Of a stretch of 64,000 bases of DNA, positions 35,895 through 45,875 are shown piece by piece. Position 1 is the stretch's first letter. Each line of letters begins with the position of its first letter. Source of the DNA: Candidatus Pacearchaeota archaeon. Lineage in GTDB: Archaea; Nanobdellota; Nanobdellia; Pacearchaeales; GW2011-AR1. The translations under genes were made by a program, and so were the position numbers. The stretch covers positions 698 to 64,697 of the forward strand of contig JAVZZP010000002.1 of the NCBI GenBank assembly GCA_038885615.1, in the 5' to 3' direction. The notes beneath the pieces are model-generated. The model was not told the DNA's origin, searched no databases, and saw only the letters and a program-made list of their open reading frames with translations.

Positions 35895-37424
35895 ATGGAG
35901 AATAAAAGAGGTGCTATTAAAAATATTTTGCTTGTTATAGTTTTGAACTTTTTTGTTGTTTTCTCTTCAGCGCAAAATGAGATCTCTATAAATTCGCGAT
36001 TAAATGACTTGGACGCAGAGTTTTTTATTAAATTTTTAGATGAATGTAGCAGTGACCCTTTTGATTCATATGATTTTATTTTGCCTCCTCTTATAGATGA
36101 TTATTCGCTTCTTTTTTCAAGATATAAGCAAGAGAATATTAATCTTTCTGTTGATTGTTGGAATCCTCGAGGAACAATGAACAAAACTCTTGATTTGGTT
36201 TATAAAGTTGTAAGCCCTGCGAATCAAACAGGAGAACTTTTTTTTTATTGGGATCCTTCTGATTTTTCTGGGCAGTATTTTAGAACAAATCCTGTTTTAG
36301 TTGATTTAGAAACAGGGCAAAGAATTAATATGTCTTCGCAATCTTCTGCTTCTTTTTCAAATTCTCAAAGAGAGAGAAATCTTTTTTTAGAGATGTATTT
36401 TGAGGGGTGCGGTGATGGAATAATAAATTTAGATGAGCATTGTGATGGACAAAATCTCGGAGGAAAAACCTGTGTTTCTTTGGGCTATGCCGGAGGAAAT
36501 TTAAGTTGTAATCCAAGCACTTGCCGTTTTGACCTCAGGCAATGTTTTGATGAGCAGGGAAACTTTCCTTCGAATGATGGTGGAGGTTCTGGTGGGGGCG
36601 GCGGTTCGGTACGAGAAGAAAAAAAATGCATAGACGAATGCGTACTTGGTTCTAGAAGATGTGTTTCAAACTCAAGTTTAAGGGTTTGTGGGGACTTTAA
36701 TGGAGATAATTGCACAGAATGGGGCAACGAAGAAAAATGCTTAGGAATTTCTCCTTTTTGTAAAGATGGATTTTGCTATGGTTGCTTGTCTGATAGAGAT
36801 TGCAGAGATGGTTTTTGTATTAATGGAAAATGTGAGATAAATTGTAACTTAACATGTAAGGATTTAGGTTACGAGTGCGGAGAATACTTTTTTTGTGGAA
36901 AGATTGTTAGTTGTGGGAATTGTTCTTCAGGTTTTTGTAATAAAGGAAGGTGTTCTAAATTGCCTGAAGATATTTCTAAATTAAAGGAAGGTGATTGTGA
37001 AGCAGATTTTTTATGTTCTCCTTGGTCTGAATGCAAAGTTTTTTTTGATTTTGAAAAGGTAATTTTGGGAAAAGATTGGTTCAAAGGAAAAAAAGAAAGA
37101 GTTTGCTTTGATAAGAATAAGTGTTATTCAGGTTTTATTGAGAAAGAAGATTGTTACCTTAAAAGGGAAGTTTTTTTTAGAGAGGTAACCTTGTGCGGAA
37201 AAAAATATATAGAGATTTATGATAAGAAGACAAATGAGCTTATTTCTAGGTTGACTGATTCTAGATATTCAAAAAAGTCGCTGGTCGAAATTTTTTTGTT
37301 GCCGGAGGTTTCTTTTCTTTGCGAAGAAGATAGGGAGTATTATAAAATATCTTTGTTTGATAGAGTAATGTTTTTTCTTAATTTAAGAAAGGTTTTGGGG
37401 GTTTTTGAATGGATAAAAGGATAA
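35895..37424 (+). CDS. secreted Cys-rich repeat protein (myxococcus-type CGDG...CDG repeats, EGF-like modules, Gly-Ser linker)
   Basis: Track ORF 35799.. reads through the tRNA; real start is MENKRG. Signal peptide, then CGDGIINLDEHCDGQN, GGGSGGGGGS, many C-x-C modules. Confidence 0.5.
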   Translation: MENKRGAIKNILLVIVLNFFVVFSSAQNEISINSRLNDLDAEFFIKFLDECSSDPFDSYDFILPPLIDDYSLLFSRYKQENINLSVDCWNPRGTMNKTLDLVYKVVSPANQTGELFFYWDPSDFSGQYFRTNPVLVDLETGQRINMSSQSSASFSNSQRERNLFLEMYFEGCGDGIINLDEHCDGQNLGGKTCVSLGYAGGNLSCNPSTCRFDLRQCFDEQGNFPSNDGGGSGGGGGSVREEKKCIDECVLGSRRCVSNSSLRVCGDFNGDNCTEWGNEEKCLGISPFCKDGFCYGCLSDRDCRDGFCINGKCEINCNLTCKDLGYECGEYFFCGKIVSCGNCSSGFCNKGRCSKLPEDISKLKEGDCEADFLCSPWSECKVFFDFEKVILGKDWFKGKKERVCFDKNKCYSGFIEKEDCYLKREVFFREVTLCGKKYIEIYDKKTNELISRLTDSRYSKKSLVEIFLLPEVSFLCEEDREYYKISLFDRVMFFLNLRKVLGVFEWIKG

Positions 37425-38182
37425 AAAATTTTGTTGAAAGCGCTTATAGAATGGGCAAAGATGAAAAATATGTTAGAGATTATCTTTTTGGAAAAATTAA
37501 AGACATAGAACTTAATGAAGCGTTAGAATATTTTAATAGTTTATCTAAAAAAAAGAAGAAATTGGTTTTTTTTAGTGTGATTTACTCTATTATAAGGGTT
37601 TTCTTTCTTTATATTTCTTTTTTAGCGGTAAGATTTCTTGTCTTTTTGAGAAATTCTCTTTCAAAAGAGAAGATAGCAGAAGTTGATTTTAGGCAATTTG
37701 AGGAGGAAATAAAAATAAAGAACATTTTTGAGAAAATAAAAAATTGGTTTCTTAAAAAAAGTGAAAAAGAAAAGAAGAAGATTTTGTTGATTTCGGCGCT
37801 TTTTTTGTTTTTTTTAGGATTATTGATTTATGCAAATTTTTTTTATTATATGAAATGCCCAAATGAAACTTGTTTTAGGGACAGGATGGAGAGATGCGAG
37901 AGAGCCAAATATGAAAGCAAAGATTTTATTTTGTTATTTAATAGAATTTATGGAAGAGATTTAGATAGTTGCAATTCAAGAGTTGCATTTTATGATAAGC
38001 AAAAAAATAAGAAGCTTGTTATGGAATGCTCTACCCCTCTAAGAGAAAGAAATCTTCCTTACTCGAGAATTGAGTATTGTACTGGAGAATTAAGAGAATA
38101 TATTCAGGAAAAAATGATTAATGAACTGCAATCAACTGTTAGCGAAAACATTTTAGAGTTAAATCATTTTTTTAGGAACTAA
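37409..38182 (+). CDS. membrane protein, hypothetical
   Basis: Two hydrophobic segments; ATG overlaps upstream stop. Confidence 0.3.
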   Translation: MDKRIKNFVESAYRMGKDEKYVRDYLFGKIKDIELNEALEYFNSLSKKKKKLVFFSVIYSIIRVFFLYISFLAVRFLVFLRNSLSKEKIAEVDFRQFEEEIKIKNIFEKIKNWFLKKSEKEKKKILLISALFLFFLGLLIYANFFYYMKCPNETCFRDRMERCERAKYESKDFILLFNRIYGRDLDSCNSRVAFYDKQKNKKLVMECSTPLRERNLPYSRIEYCTGELREYIQEKMINELQSTVSENILELNHFFRN

Positions 38183-39882
38183 TGGAAGAAATAATAAAGT
38201 TGAGCTTGGTTTTTTTGATTGTTCTTATAGTTTCAGTTATATTTAAAGCCCTTAAACAGCCCCTTATAATATCTTACATTTTCTCAGGTGTTTTAATTGG
38301 GCCGATTTTTTTTAATTTAGTCTCTTCTGAAAGCACTTTAAGAGTTTTTTCAGAGTTTGGAATTGCATTTTTATTGTTTATGGTAGGTCTAAATTTAAAT
38401 CCAACTATAGTAAGAGAGGTTGGAAAAGTTTCTTTGGTTACTGGAATTGGGCAAATTGTTTTTACCTCGGTAATTGGTTTTTTCATTTGCAAGGCACTTG
38501 GGTTTTCTGTTATAGCTTCTTTGTATATATCCATTGCGCTTACTTTTTCTTCAACAATTATTATTATGAAGCTTCTTTCAGATAAAGATGCCTTAGAGAA
38601 ACTTTATGGCAGAATTTCAATTGGTTTTTTAATTGTGCAAGATTTGGTTGCAGTGATTATTTTGATTTTTGTTTCTTCTTTTTCTAAAAATGTTGGCACT
38701 TTAAGCTCTTTCGCTTTTATTTTTTTGAAAGGAATGCTGGTTTTTTTTCTTCTGACTATTTTTGGAAAGATTGTTTTGAAAAGAATAGAGAATTTTCTTG
38801 CTAGTTCTCAGGAGTTTTTGTTTTTATTTTCAATTGTTTTTGGTTTATCAATTGCAGGTCTTTTTAATTATATTGGGGTTGGTTTAGAAGTAGGAGCTTT
38901 AATAGGAGGAATTATCTTGTCAAGATACTCTTTTGCTTTTGACGTTAGCTCTAAAATGAAGCCATTAAGAGATTTTTTTCTTATTTCTTTTTTTGTCCTT
39001 TTAGGTTCTGAGATGGTTTTGTCTAATATGTCTGGCCTTCTTTGGCCATCAATTATTTTCTCTCTTTTTATTCTGATAGGAAATCCATTAATAGTTATAG
39101 CTCTTATGGGTTATTTAGGTTATAGTAAAAAAACAGGTTTTATGGCAGGTCTTACGGTAGCGCAAATTTCTGAATTCTCACTTATTTTGATAGCAATGGG
39201 TGTTAGAGCAGGACATATTGTAATAGAAAAAGTTGGTGGTAGTTTTATTCATATTCCTTCTTTAGTTTCAATTGTGGGTATGGTGACCATAGCAGGTTCA
39301 AGTTATATGATTTTATATTCAGAAAAAATTTACAAAATTTTAGAAAGACCGCTTTCAATTTTTGAAAGAAAAAATATAAAAGAAAAAGAAATTCTTGGGA
39401 GAACTTTTTATGATTATGTTTTAATAGGTGAGAACAGGGTTGGTTTTTCAATAATGGAATATTTCTTAGAGAAAAAGAAAAATTATTTGATTATAGATTT
39501 TAATCCAGTTAGGGTTAAGAAATTAAAAGAGAAAGGAATTAATTGTGTTTATGGAGATGTTTCTAACGCCGCGCTTATAGAAGATCTTTATTTAGACAAG
39601 GCAAAGATGGTTGTTTCTACTGTTCCCGATGTTGATACAAACCTAACGCTTGTTTCAAAAATTAGAGAAAAGAACAAAGACATAATTATTATTGCTACTT
39701 GTAGCAGGGTTTCAGAAGTTAACTCCCTGTATAAAGTAGGTGCGGATTTTGTTATTGTCCCTAATGTTGTAGCTGGAGAAAGATTGGCTGAGCTAATAAG
39801 AAGTTTTGATTTAAATAAGAAAGATTATGAAAAATTGATGAAAAAACAGCTTAAAAATTTAGAAAAAAGATTAAAATATTAA
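38182..39882 (+). CDS. CPA2-family cation:proton antiporter (Kef-type) with C-terminal RCK/TrkA-N domain
   Basis: About 12 TM N-terminal domain; YVLIGENRVG...IIDFNP...GINCVYGDVSN Rossmann RCK. Confidence 0.8.
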   Translation: MEEIIKLSLVFLIVLIVSVIFKALKQPLIISYIFSGVLIGPIFFNLVSSESTLRVFSEFGIAFLLFMVGLNLNPTIVREVGKVSLVTGIGQIVFTSVIGFFICKALGFSVIASLYISIALTFSSTIIIMKLLSDKDALEKLYGRISIGFLIVQDLVAVIILIFVSSFSKNVGTLSSFAFIFLKGMLVFFLLTIFGKIVLKRIENFLASSQEFLFLFSIVFGLSIAGLFNYIGVGLEVGALIGGIILSRYSFAFDVSSKMKPLRDFFLISFFVLLGSEMVLSNMSGLLWPSIIFSLFILIGNPLIVIALMGYLGYSKKTGFMAGLTVAQISEFSLILIAMGVRAGHIVIEKVGGSFIHIPSLVSIVGMVTIAGSSYMILYSEKIYKILERPLSIFERKNIKEKEILGRTFYDYVLIGENRVGFSIMEYFLEKKKNYLIIDFNPVRVKKLKEKGINCVYGDVSNAALIEDLYLDKAKMVVSTVPDVDTNLTLVSKIREKNKDIIIIATCSRVSEVNSLYKVGADFVIVPNVVAGERLAELIRSFDLNKKDYEKLMKKQLKNLEKRLKY

Positions 39883-39913
39883 CCTTTTTAAACCTTTTTT
39901 TCTTTATTTTTTT

Positions 39914-42900
39914 ATGAAAAAGAGAGTGGTTTTTTCAAAAGTGTTATTATTTAGCCTATTTGTGCTAGTTTTTTTAGGTTTTTCCTTCGGAGCTTACACA
40001 ATAACAAAAATCTATAACTACACAGCAGAAGCTGTTTTAAATAATACAAAAGCAAATAATAATTTTCTTCATTTAGAGATTAATAATAGTGTTGAAAAAT
40101 ATTCTAATTTTAATGGTTTGTCTAATAATTACATAGGTTTGGGAAATATTAATGCTTATAAAATACCTTCTAAAACAATATCAGCTTGGATTTATAGAAT
40201 TAATGGAGGGACGCACGGAGTTTTTTCCTCTGCAAATAATAATTATTTCGTTGCAATTACAGGAACACAACCATATATAAATTATGCTAATTCAACAGAA
40301 AGCCAGAAACAATATTATGCTCCACCAAATTCTGCACCTTTAAATCAATGGAACCATATTGTTTGGGTTTATGATGTTAATGAGAGTAATGTCATAACAA
40401 GAATTTATGTTAATGGAAATTTAGTCTATAATAACACTCAAACAGACGGCTATTCTTCTACTTATGGAACTAATTTTGTAATAGGTGCTTTTAGTCCTTC
40501 TGTTATAAATTTTAATGGGAGCATAGATGATTTAGCTTTTTTTAATAGAGCTTTAAACCAAACAGAAATTCAAGAGCTATATAATTTAGGTAGAATAAAT
40601 TGTCCTTGTAATATTAGCGGAATAGTTAGTTTATGGGATTTTGATAATAATTTAAATGATTACACAGATAAAATAAGCGGATATAATGGTGTTAAATATG
40701 GGAATGTTTTTATACAAGCAGATGAAAGTTTGCCGGGAAATCATCCTTATGGCTCTCTTGTAGCTTATTGGAGTTTTGATGGAGATACAAATAACATATC
40801 TTATGATTTAAGTGGGAATAACTTAAATAGTGTTTATTATAATGGTTTAGTTAATAATAATTCCTGCAGTTTAGGTTATGGGAATTGCTTAACATTTGAT
40901 GGAGTTAATGATTATTTAGGAATAACAAATACGGCTTTTAATATATCAACATTTTCAGCAAGTTTATGGGTTTATATTGCTAATGAAACTACAAATAATC
41001 AAGGGATAGTTGGTATAGATAATGGTTATTATAATGGCTGGAGATGTGTTTATCTAAACACTAAAAGAATAGTTTGTCAGTTTGGAAGAGGAAGTCCAAA
41101 TACACCTTATGATTTATATTCTCCTATAAACTCTTTTCAAGCTAATAATTGGAATCATTTAGTTGTTACAAGGAATGTAAGTGGAAATGTTTCTATTTAC
41201 ATAAATGGGAATTTTTCTTCTTCGGGAATAAGCACTAACTTCACCTTAAACCAAGCTAATTTTAGATTAGGAGTAGATTTTGGCGGAATAAGTTATCTTA
41301 ATGGTTCTATTGATGAATTTATGTTTTTTAATAAAGCTTTAACACCAATAGAAGTTCAAAATATTTACAATAATCAATCACAAAGGTTTAAAAATAATGG
41401 AACGGCAACATTAAACTCAATACAACTAAATGAAACAGGAAACAATTTATTAAATTGGAAAATAAACAGCACGCAATTATTTAATACAAAGATTTATGGA
41501 AGTATTGGGGAATGTAATAATCAAACAAGTTTTTGTGGAAATAATACAGCAAACTATACATTTAAAGATGAAGTTGAGTTTATTAATGGAGAAGCAAACT
41601 TCACAATAAACACAAGTACAACAAACATTCTTCCAAGATTAAGGTTAGAAAGTCCGGGATTTTATACTCCGTATATTTTTACAAGTTCTGATTTTATAAT
41701 ATTCTCTCTGAAAGTTAATTTTTCCGGTGATACAACTAAAGAAGGAAATTTTTCGCAGGATTGGATTTATGCTAAAGTAGAGGGAGATCTTACAGGAGAT
41801 GTCAATATAACTCTATGGAATTCCTCTGGTTTAGTTGATTTTTTTATCGGAACAGAAAAGAATTTTACAAATCTTCAAGAAGATGCTTATTTTTTGAATG
41901 CAACAATAAAAGACATCGCCAACCAAACATTTTCAACAGAGACAAGAAAGATAATTTTAGACAGGACTCCTCCAACTGTTTTTATATTAGAACCAACAAA
42001 TAATTATTATTCTAATTCGAGCTCAAACTCTTTTAGATTTAATCTTTCAGATGAGCTTTCAGGGCTTAAAAACATTAGCTTAAGAATCTATAATTCTTCA
42101 GATGTTGTAAATACAACTTTTAAAGAAATTGCTGGCTACACAAAAGAAGAAGAAATAAATATTTCCTTAAATGACGGAGAATACTTATGGTATATAGATG
42201 TTTATGATACGGCAGAAAATTCTTTTGTTAGTCAAAACTATAGCTTAATAATAGACACTTCTTCTCCGAAGTTTTATAACTTAACTTACACTCCCAGCTA
42301 TTTAGGAGAAATAGACCCAAATACAACAATAACTTTCACTATAAATGCAACAGATGAAAGAACAAACATTTCTTCTGTAATACTAGAGATAAGAAATGAA
42401 ACTGATTCCCAATGGTATAACTTTCCCATGAACTTAATAGAAGGGGATTCTATTTCAGGTATTTACCAATACAACTTTACAACTTCTGAAGAAGAAACAA
42501 ACTACACTTTCAGAATATTTGCCAATGACTCTTCAAACAACATAAACAGAACTCAAGACATTTTCATAAGGTCGGAGTGGGACTGCACGTGGAATTTAAC
42601 AATAGAAGGATTAACAGGGAGCCATGTATTTGGCTTCAACCAAATAAAAGAAATAGGAAACATAACTTTCATAAATGATGGAGACAAAGAATACAAAAAT
42701 AACTCAGGTTGTTACATAAAATTCTCTCTTGAATACAATTCAACAATGATTGGTGAGTTCAGCTGGACATATATATCAAGGGCATTGCTTTCAGGTTATT
42801 ATCCTGGCTTAAGATTTAACCAAAGCTCTAATTGGGTTACTCCTTTTGATTTAGTAATAGAAAACAAAACAAATTTAACTCTTCCAATTTTAGGAGTTTT

Positions 42901-44776
42901 TCCTTCTGTTAGCTCTCCTTTAGAAGAATCTCCTGTTTTAAGAATTGACTCAAATATAACAGATACACTATTTAACAAAAACTATGAAACAATAAAAATA
43001 AACATGACAATAGCACAACCAGGAGCTTATTTAAGAAGGCCTGTTATAACTGAAAGCAAATCAGGAGTTATTTATTTAACAACCTCTTTATATGGAAATT
43101 ACACTAATTATACTTTCTACACAGAAAACATGGGTGGAACTGGAAATGAGAACTTTACTGCCTATAATGTTACACTAAACTGGAGCTTCCCATCTTCTTT
43201 TGTTTTAAGTTCTAATTCTTCAAGAGTTGTTGAAAACATGACTTATTCAGGAGTTTATGAATATCTAACAACAGAAGTTAATTGGGAAGAAAGCATAAAG
43301 AGCCTAGAAGAAGGTGTCTATAAAGTTTGTGCTTCTACTTTTGGTTATAAGAAAGAAAATGAAAATTATTCTTTAATACAGCATGCTAACGATGAAGTCA
43401 TCTTGGAGAATTGCTTAGATTTGTTTGTTTATTGCTATTCTCAGCCAGATGGAGTTTGTATTTCCTCATGCACTCATCTTAAAGATCCTGATTGTCCTGT
43501 TCCACAACAAACAAGCGCTGGAGGCTCTGGCGGAGGTAGTGGTAGCGGTGGAGGAAAGCAAGAAAAATCAGAAGCACAATTTGAATTAGTTATAGGAAAG
43601 CAGCAAGAGTTTATTCTTCCAATAAAGAACAAATATCCTCAGCCATTAACAAACTTAAAGATTTCTGTAGCAGGAATAAACTCTGAATTTATAGAAATAG
43701 TTCCAAAAGAAATAGAAAGAATAGAAGGAAATAAAGAATTTAATTTAACAATAAAAATAACTGCTCCAGCTTATTTTAAGGAAGGAAATTACACTTTAAG
43801 ATTTAAGATAGATGGATTTGTACAAACAAACCAGACAAAGTCGCCATATACAGAAACAAAATTAGTAACTTTGTATTTCTTAGACCTATCAAGAGAAGAT
43901 GCTTTAAAACTATTAGAAGAAGCAAACAAATTCATAGAAGAGATGAACAAGTCAAATCTTTATTTAAGAGAAGTTCTTTCTTTATTAGAAGAGATGAAAA
44001 AGAACTTGGAAGAAACAAAGTTTTCTTCTTTAAAGAGAAATTATGAAGAACTAAAGCTAATCTATGAAAGTGCTTTAGAAGCATTAAAGCTAAAACAAGA
44101 ACTTGAGCTATTAATAAAAGAAGCAAAGAACAATGGAATTAAAGTAATGGAAACAGAAAAGACATTTTTCTTGGCAGAAGCTGCTTTTAACAGAGGGGCA
44201 TTTAAAGAAGCTTCAGAGAAGTTTAAGCAAGCTAAATTAACCTATGCTGTTGAAACAAAAGGAGAGTTTAATCTTTATTATTATGTTAAGAACAATCCTT
44301 TAAGATCTGCTTCTATTCTAGCTTCTTTTTTAGTTTTAAGCTATTCTGCAGGTTTATTGACTAAAAGAGCTTTATTAAAAAGAAAACTTAAGCTATTGAA
44401 ACAAGAAGAATTGCTTTTGCTTGAACTAATGAAAACTGTTCAGAGAGAGTGCTTTGAGCTAGGCCATATGTCTATAGATGAGTATCAAACAGCAATGGCA
44501 CAATACGAAGAAAGATTAGGCCAGTGTGTTGAAGAAGAAATAAGAGCAGAAACCTCTTTAGCTCATTTAGGAAAAATAAAAGGCAAGAAAAAAGCACTAA
44601 ATCAAGAAAAAGAAAGATTAACAGAACTAATTAAGAAAACACAGGAGAAATACCTTGTTAAAGGAGAGATGGACACAAGAGTTTATTATTCAATGATAAA
44701 GAGCTATTCAAGAAGATTGACACAGGTTGAAGAAGAGCTTGCTTCTATTGAGTTGAAAGAGTGGATGAGGAGATAA
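39914..44776 (+). CDS. giant surface protein (1620 aa): signal peptide, two LamG/ConA-like lectin domains, sequon-rich beta domains, GS linker, coiled coil, TM, cytoplasmic coiled-coil tail
   Basis: WNHIVWVYD...GSIDDLAFFNRALNQTEIQELY and WNHLVVTRN...GSIDEFMFFNKALTPIEVQNIY (LamG); >100 N-x-S/T; SAGGSGGGSGSGGGK; TM SASILASFLVLSYSAGLL. Confidence 0.6.
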   Translation: MKKRVVFSKVLLFSLFVLVFLGFSFGAYTITKIYNYTAEAVLNNTKANNNFLHLEINNSVEKYSNFNGLSNNYIGLGNINAYKIPSKTISAWIYRINGGTHGVFSSANNNYFVAITGTQPYINYANSTESQKQYYAPPNSAPLNQWNHIVWVYDVNESNVITRIYVNGNLVYNNTQTDGYSSTYGTNFVIGAFSPSVINFNGSIDDLAFFNRALNQTEIQELYNLGRINCPCNISGIVSLWDFDNNLNDYTDKISGYNGVKYGNVFIQADESLPGNHPYGSLVAYWSFDGDTNNISYDLSGNNLNSVYYNGLVNNNSCSLGYGNCLTFDGVNDYLGITNTAFNISTFSASLWVYIANETTNNQGIVGIDNGYYNGWRCVYLNTKRIVCQFGRGSPNTPYDLYSPINSFQANNWNHLVVTRNVSGNVSIYINGNFSSSGISTNFTLNQANFRLGVDFGGISYLNGSIDEFMFFNKALTPIEVQNIYNNQSQRFKNNGTATLNSIQLNETGNNLLNWKINSTQLFNTKIYGSIGECNNQTSFCGNNTANYTFKDEVEFINGEANFTINTSTTNILPRLRLESPGFYTPYIFTSSDFIIFSLKVNFSGDTTKEGNFSQDWIYAKVEGDLTGDVNITLWNSSGLVDFFIGTEKNFTNLQEDAYFLNATIKDIANQTFSTETRKIILDRTPPTVFILEPTNNYYSNSSSNSFRFNLSDELSGLKNISLRIYNSSDVVNTTFKEIAGYTKEEEINISLNDGEYLWYIDVYDTAENSFVSQNYSLIIDTSSPKFYNLTYTPSYLGEIDPNTTITFTINATDERTNISSVILEIRNETDSQWYNFPMNLIEGDSISGIYQYNFTTSEEETNYTFRIFANDSSNNINRTQDIFIRSEWDCTWNLTIEGLTGSHVFGFNQIKEIGNITFINDGDKEYKNNSGCYIKFSLEYNSTMIGEFSWTYISRALLSGYYPGLRFNQSSNWVTPFDLVIENKTNLTLPILGVFPSVSSPLEESPVLRIDSNITDTLFNKNYETIKINMTIAQPGAYLRRPVITESKSGVIYLTTSLYGNYTNYTFYTENMGGTGNENFTAYNVTLNWSFPSSFVLSSNSSRVVENMTYSGVYEYLTTEVNWEESIKSLEEGVYKVCASTFGYKKENENYSLIQHANDEVILENCLDLFVYCYSQPDGVCISSCTHLKDPDCPVPQQTSAGGSGGGSGSGGGKQEKSEAQFELVIGKQQEFILPIKNKYPQPLTNLKISVAGINSEFIEIVPKEIERIEGNKEFNLTIKITAPAYFKEGNYTLRFKIDGFVQTNQTKSPYTETKLVTLYFLDLSREDALKLLEEANKFIEEMNKSNLYLREVLSLLEEMKKNLEETKFSSLKRNYEELKLIYESALEALKLKQELELLIKEAKNNGIKVMETEKTFFLAEAAFNRGAFKEASEKFKQAKLTYAVETKGEFNLYYYVKNNPLRSASILASFLVLSYSAGLLTKRALLKRKLKLLKQEELLLLELMKTVQRECFELGHMSIDEYQTAMAQYEERLGQCVEEEIRAETSLAHLGKIKGKKKALNQEKERLTELIKKTQEKYLVKGEMDTRVYYSMIKSYSRRLTQVEEELASIELKEWMRR

Positions 44777-44777
44777 A

Positions 44778-45437
44778 TTATTCTTTAATTTCTTCTTCTT
44801 TTTTGTTTGAGTTTTCTGATTTTTTTTGAACTTTTTCTTTATAACTTTTCAATTCATTGTATGTATCTATTAGAGGGTTCATTAATTTTGACATTGTTCC
44901 ATGAATATTATCTAGGTCTTTTTGAATTATCTTTGAGTTTTCTTCAAATTGACCGATTTTTCCAATTATTGCTTTTTGTAGGAAATCAAAACTATCCTCT
45001 ATTCTTTTTAGTCTTTCTTTTAAATTTTCTATTTCTTTTGCTAGATAAATATTCTCTTTTTTTAATGAATTCATACCTTCAATTAACTCCTTCATTTTTT
45101 TAGAAACAATTTGTTCTACTATTTCTGTCGTAGTATCTGCTGAGAATCCTTCAGAATAAGTTGGATATTGATAATACTCTTGACCGTATTGGGCATATTG
45201 TTCTTGCTGTCCGCCGTCGTAATTATAGTAACTTCCAGTAGCATTTTCTTGATTATAGCTCCCACTTTCTTGATATCCTTGTATATTGCTTGAGTTTATA
45301 GCGTTTTTTATTGCTGCTTGTGATGCAGCATCATTTATTTCAGCCATTGAGAAACCCTCTTCTTGAAGCATTTGATATATTTCATTCTCACTTTTGCCTT
45401 CTTTTTTTAGTTGATTATACCTTTCTAGAGCACCCAT
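44778..45437 (-). CDS. coiled-coil protein with Q/N/Y-rich low-complexity (prion-like) segment
   Basis: GYQESGSYNQENATGSYYNYDGGQQEQYAQYGQEYYQYPTY followed by heptad-rich C-terminus. Confidence 0.4.
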   Translation of the reverse strand: MGALERYNQLKKEGKSENEIYQMLQEEGFSMAEINDAASQAAIKNAINSSNIQGYQESGSYNQENATGSYYNYDGGQQEQYAQYGQEYYQYPTYSEGFSADTTTEIVEQIVSKKMKELIEGMNSLKKENIYLAKEIENLKERLKRIEDSFDFLQKAIIGKIGQFEENSKIIQKDLDNIHGTMSKLMNPLIDTYNELKSYKEKVQKKSENSNKKEEEIKE

Positions 45438-45442
45438 TTATT

Positions 45443-45793
45443 TTAGTTTTCTTTATTTTTAATTTTTTCTAAATATTCTTCTAGATCTTTTCTTCTTATA
45501 AATTCTAGTGGTTGGAAGTCCTTTAACATTCTTTCTATAAGTATCAAATCTTCTTTTTTTACAAATTTTGTTGTTTCTTCAAATATTGAATCTGCTTTTC
45601 TTTTTACGCTTTCAACTTTTAATTTAAGGTCCATATTCTCTTTCTCTATTTTTTCAATTCTTTTATCAAATTCCTCTTTTATTTCTATTAAACTTCTTGC
45701 CAACAAGTTTATTTTTTCTTTTAGTGATTCTATTTTTTCTTCTAATGAGGAGATTATAGCTCCCGCATCATAGTATTCACTTTCACCCGCCAT
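45443..45793 (-). CDS. small coiled-coil protein
   Basis: Heptad-rich; 5 nt upstream of 44778..45437 on same strand. Confidence 0.35.
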   Translation of the reverse strand: MAGESEYYDAGAIISSLEEKIESLKEKINLLARSLIEIKEEFDKRIEKIEKENMDLKLKVESVKRKADSIFEETTKFVKKEDLILIERMLKDFQPLEFIRRKDLEEYLEKIKNKEN

Positions 45794-45875
45794 AATATTA
45801 AAGGTTTTTTTTAATTTAAATAGTTTCTTATTTTTAGATAGAAAATGTTTTATACCTAGAATATTTTGTTTTTGT

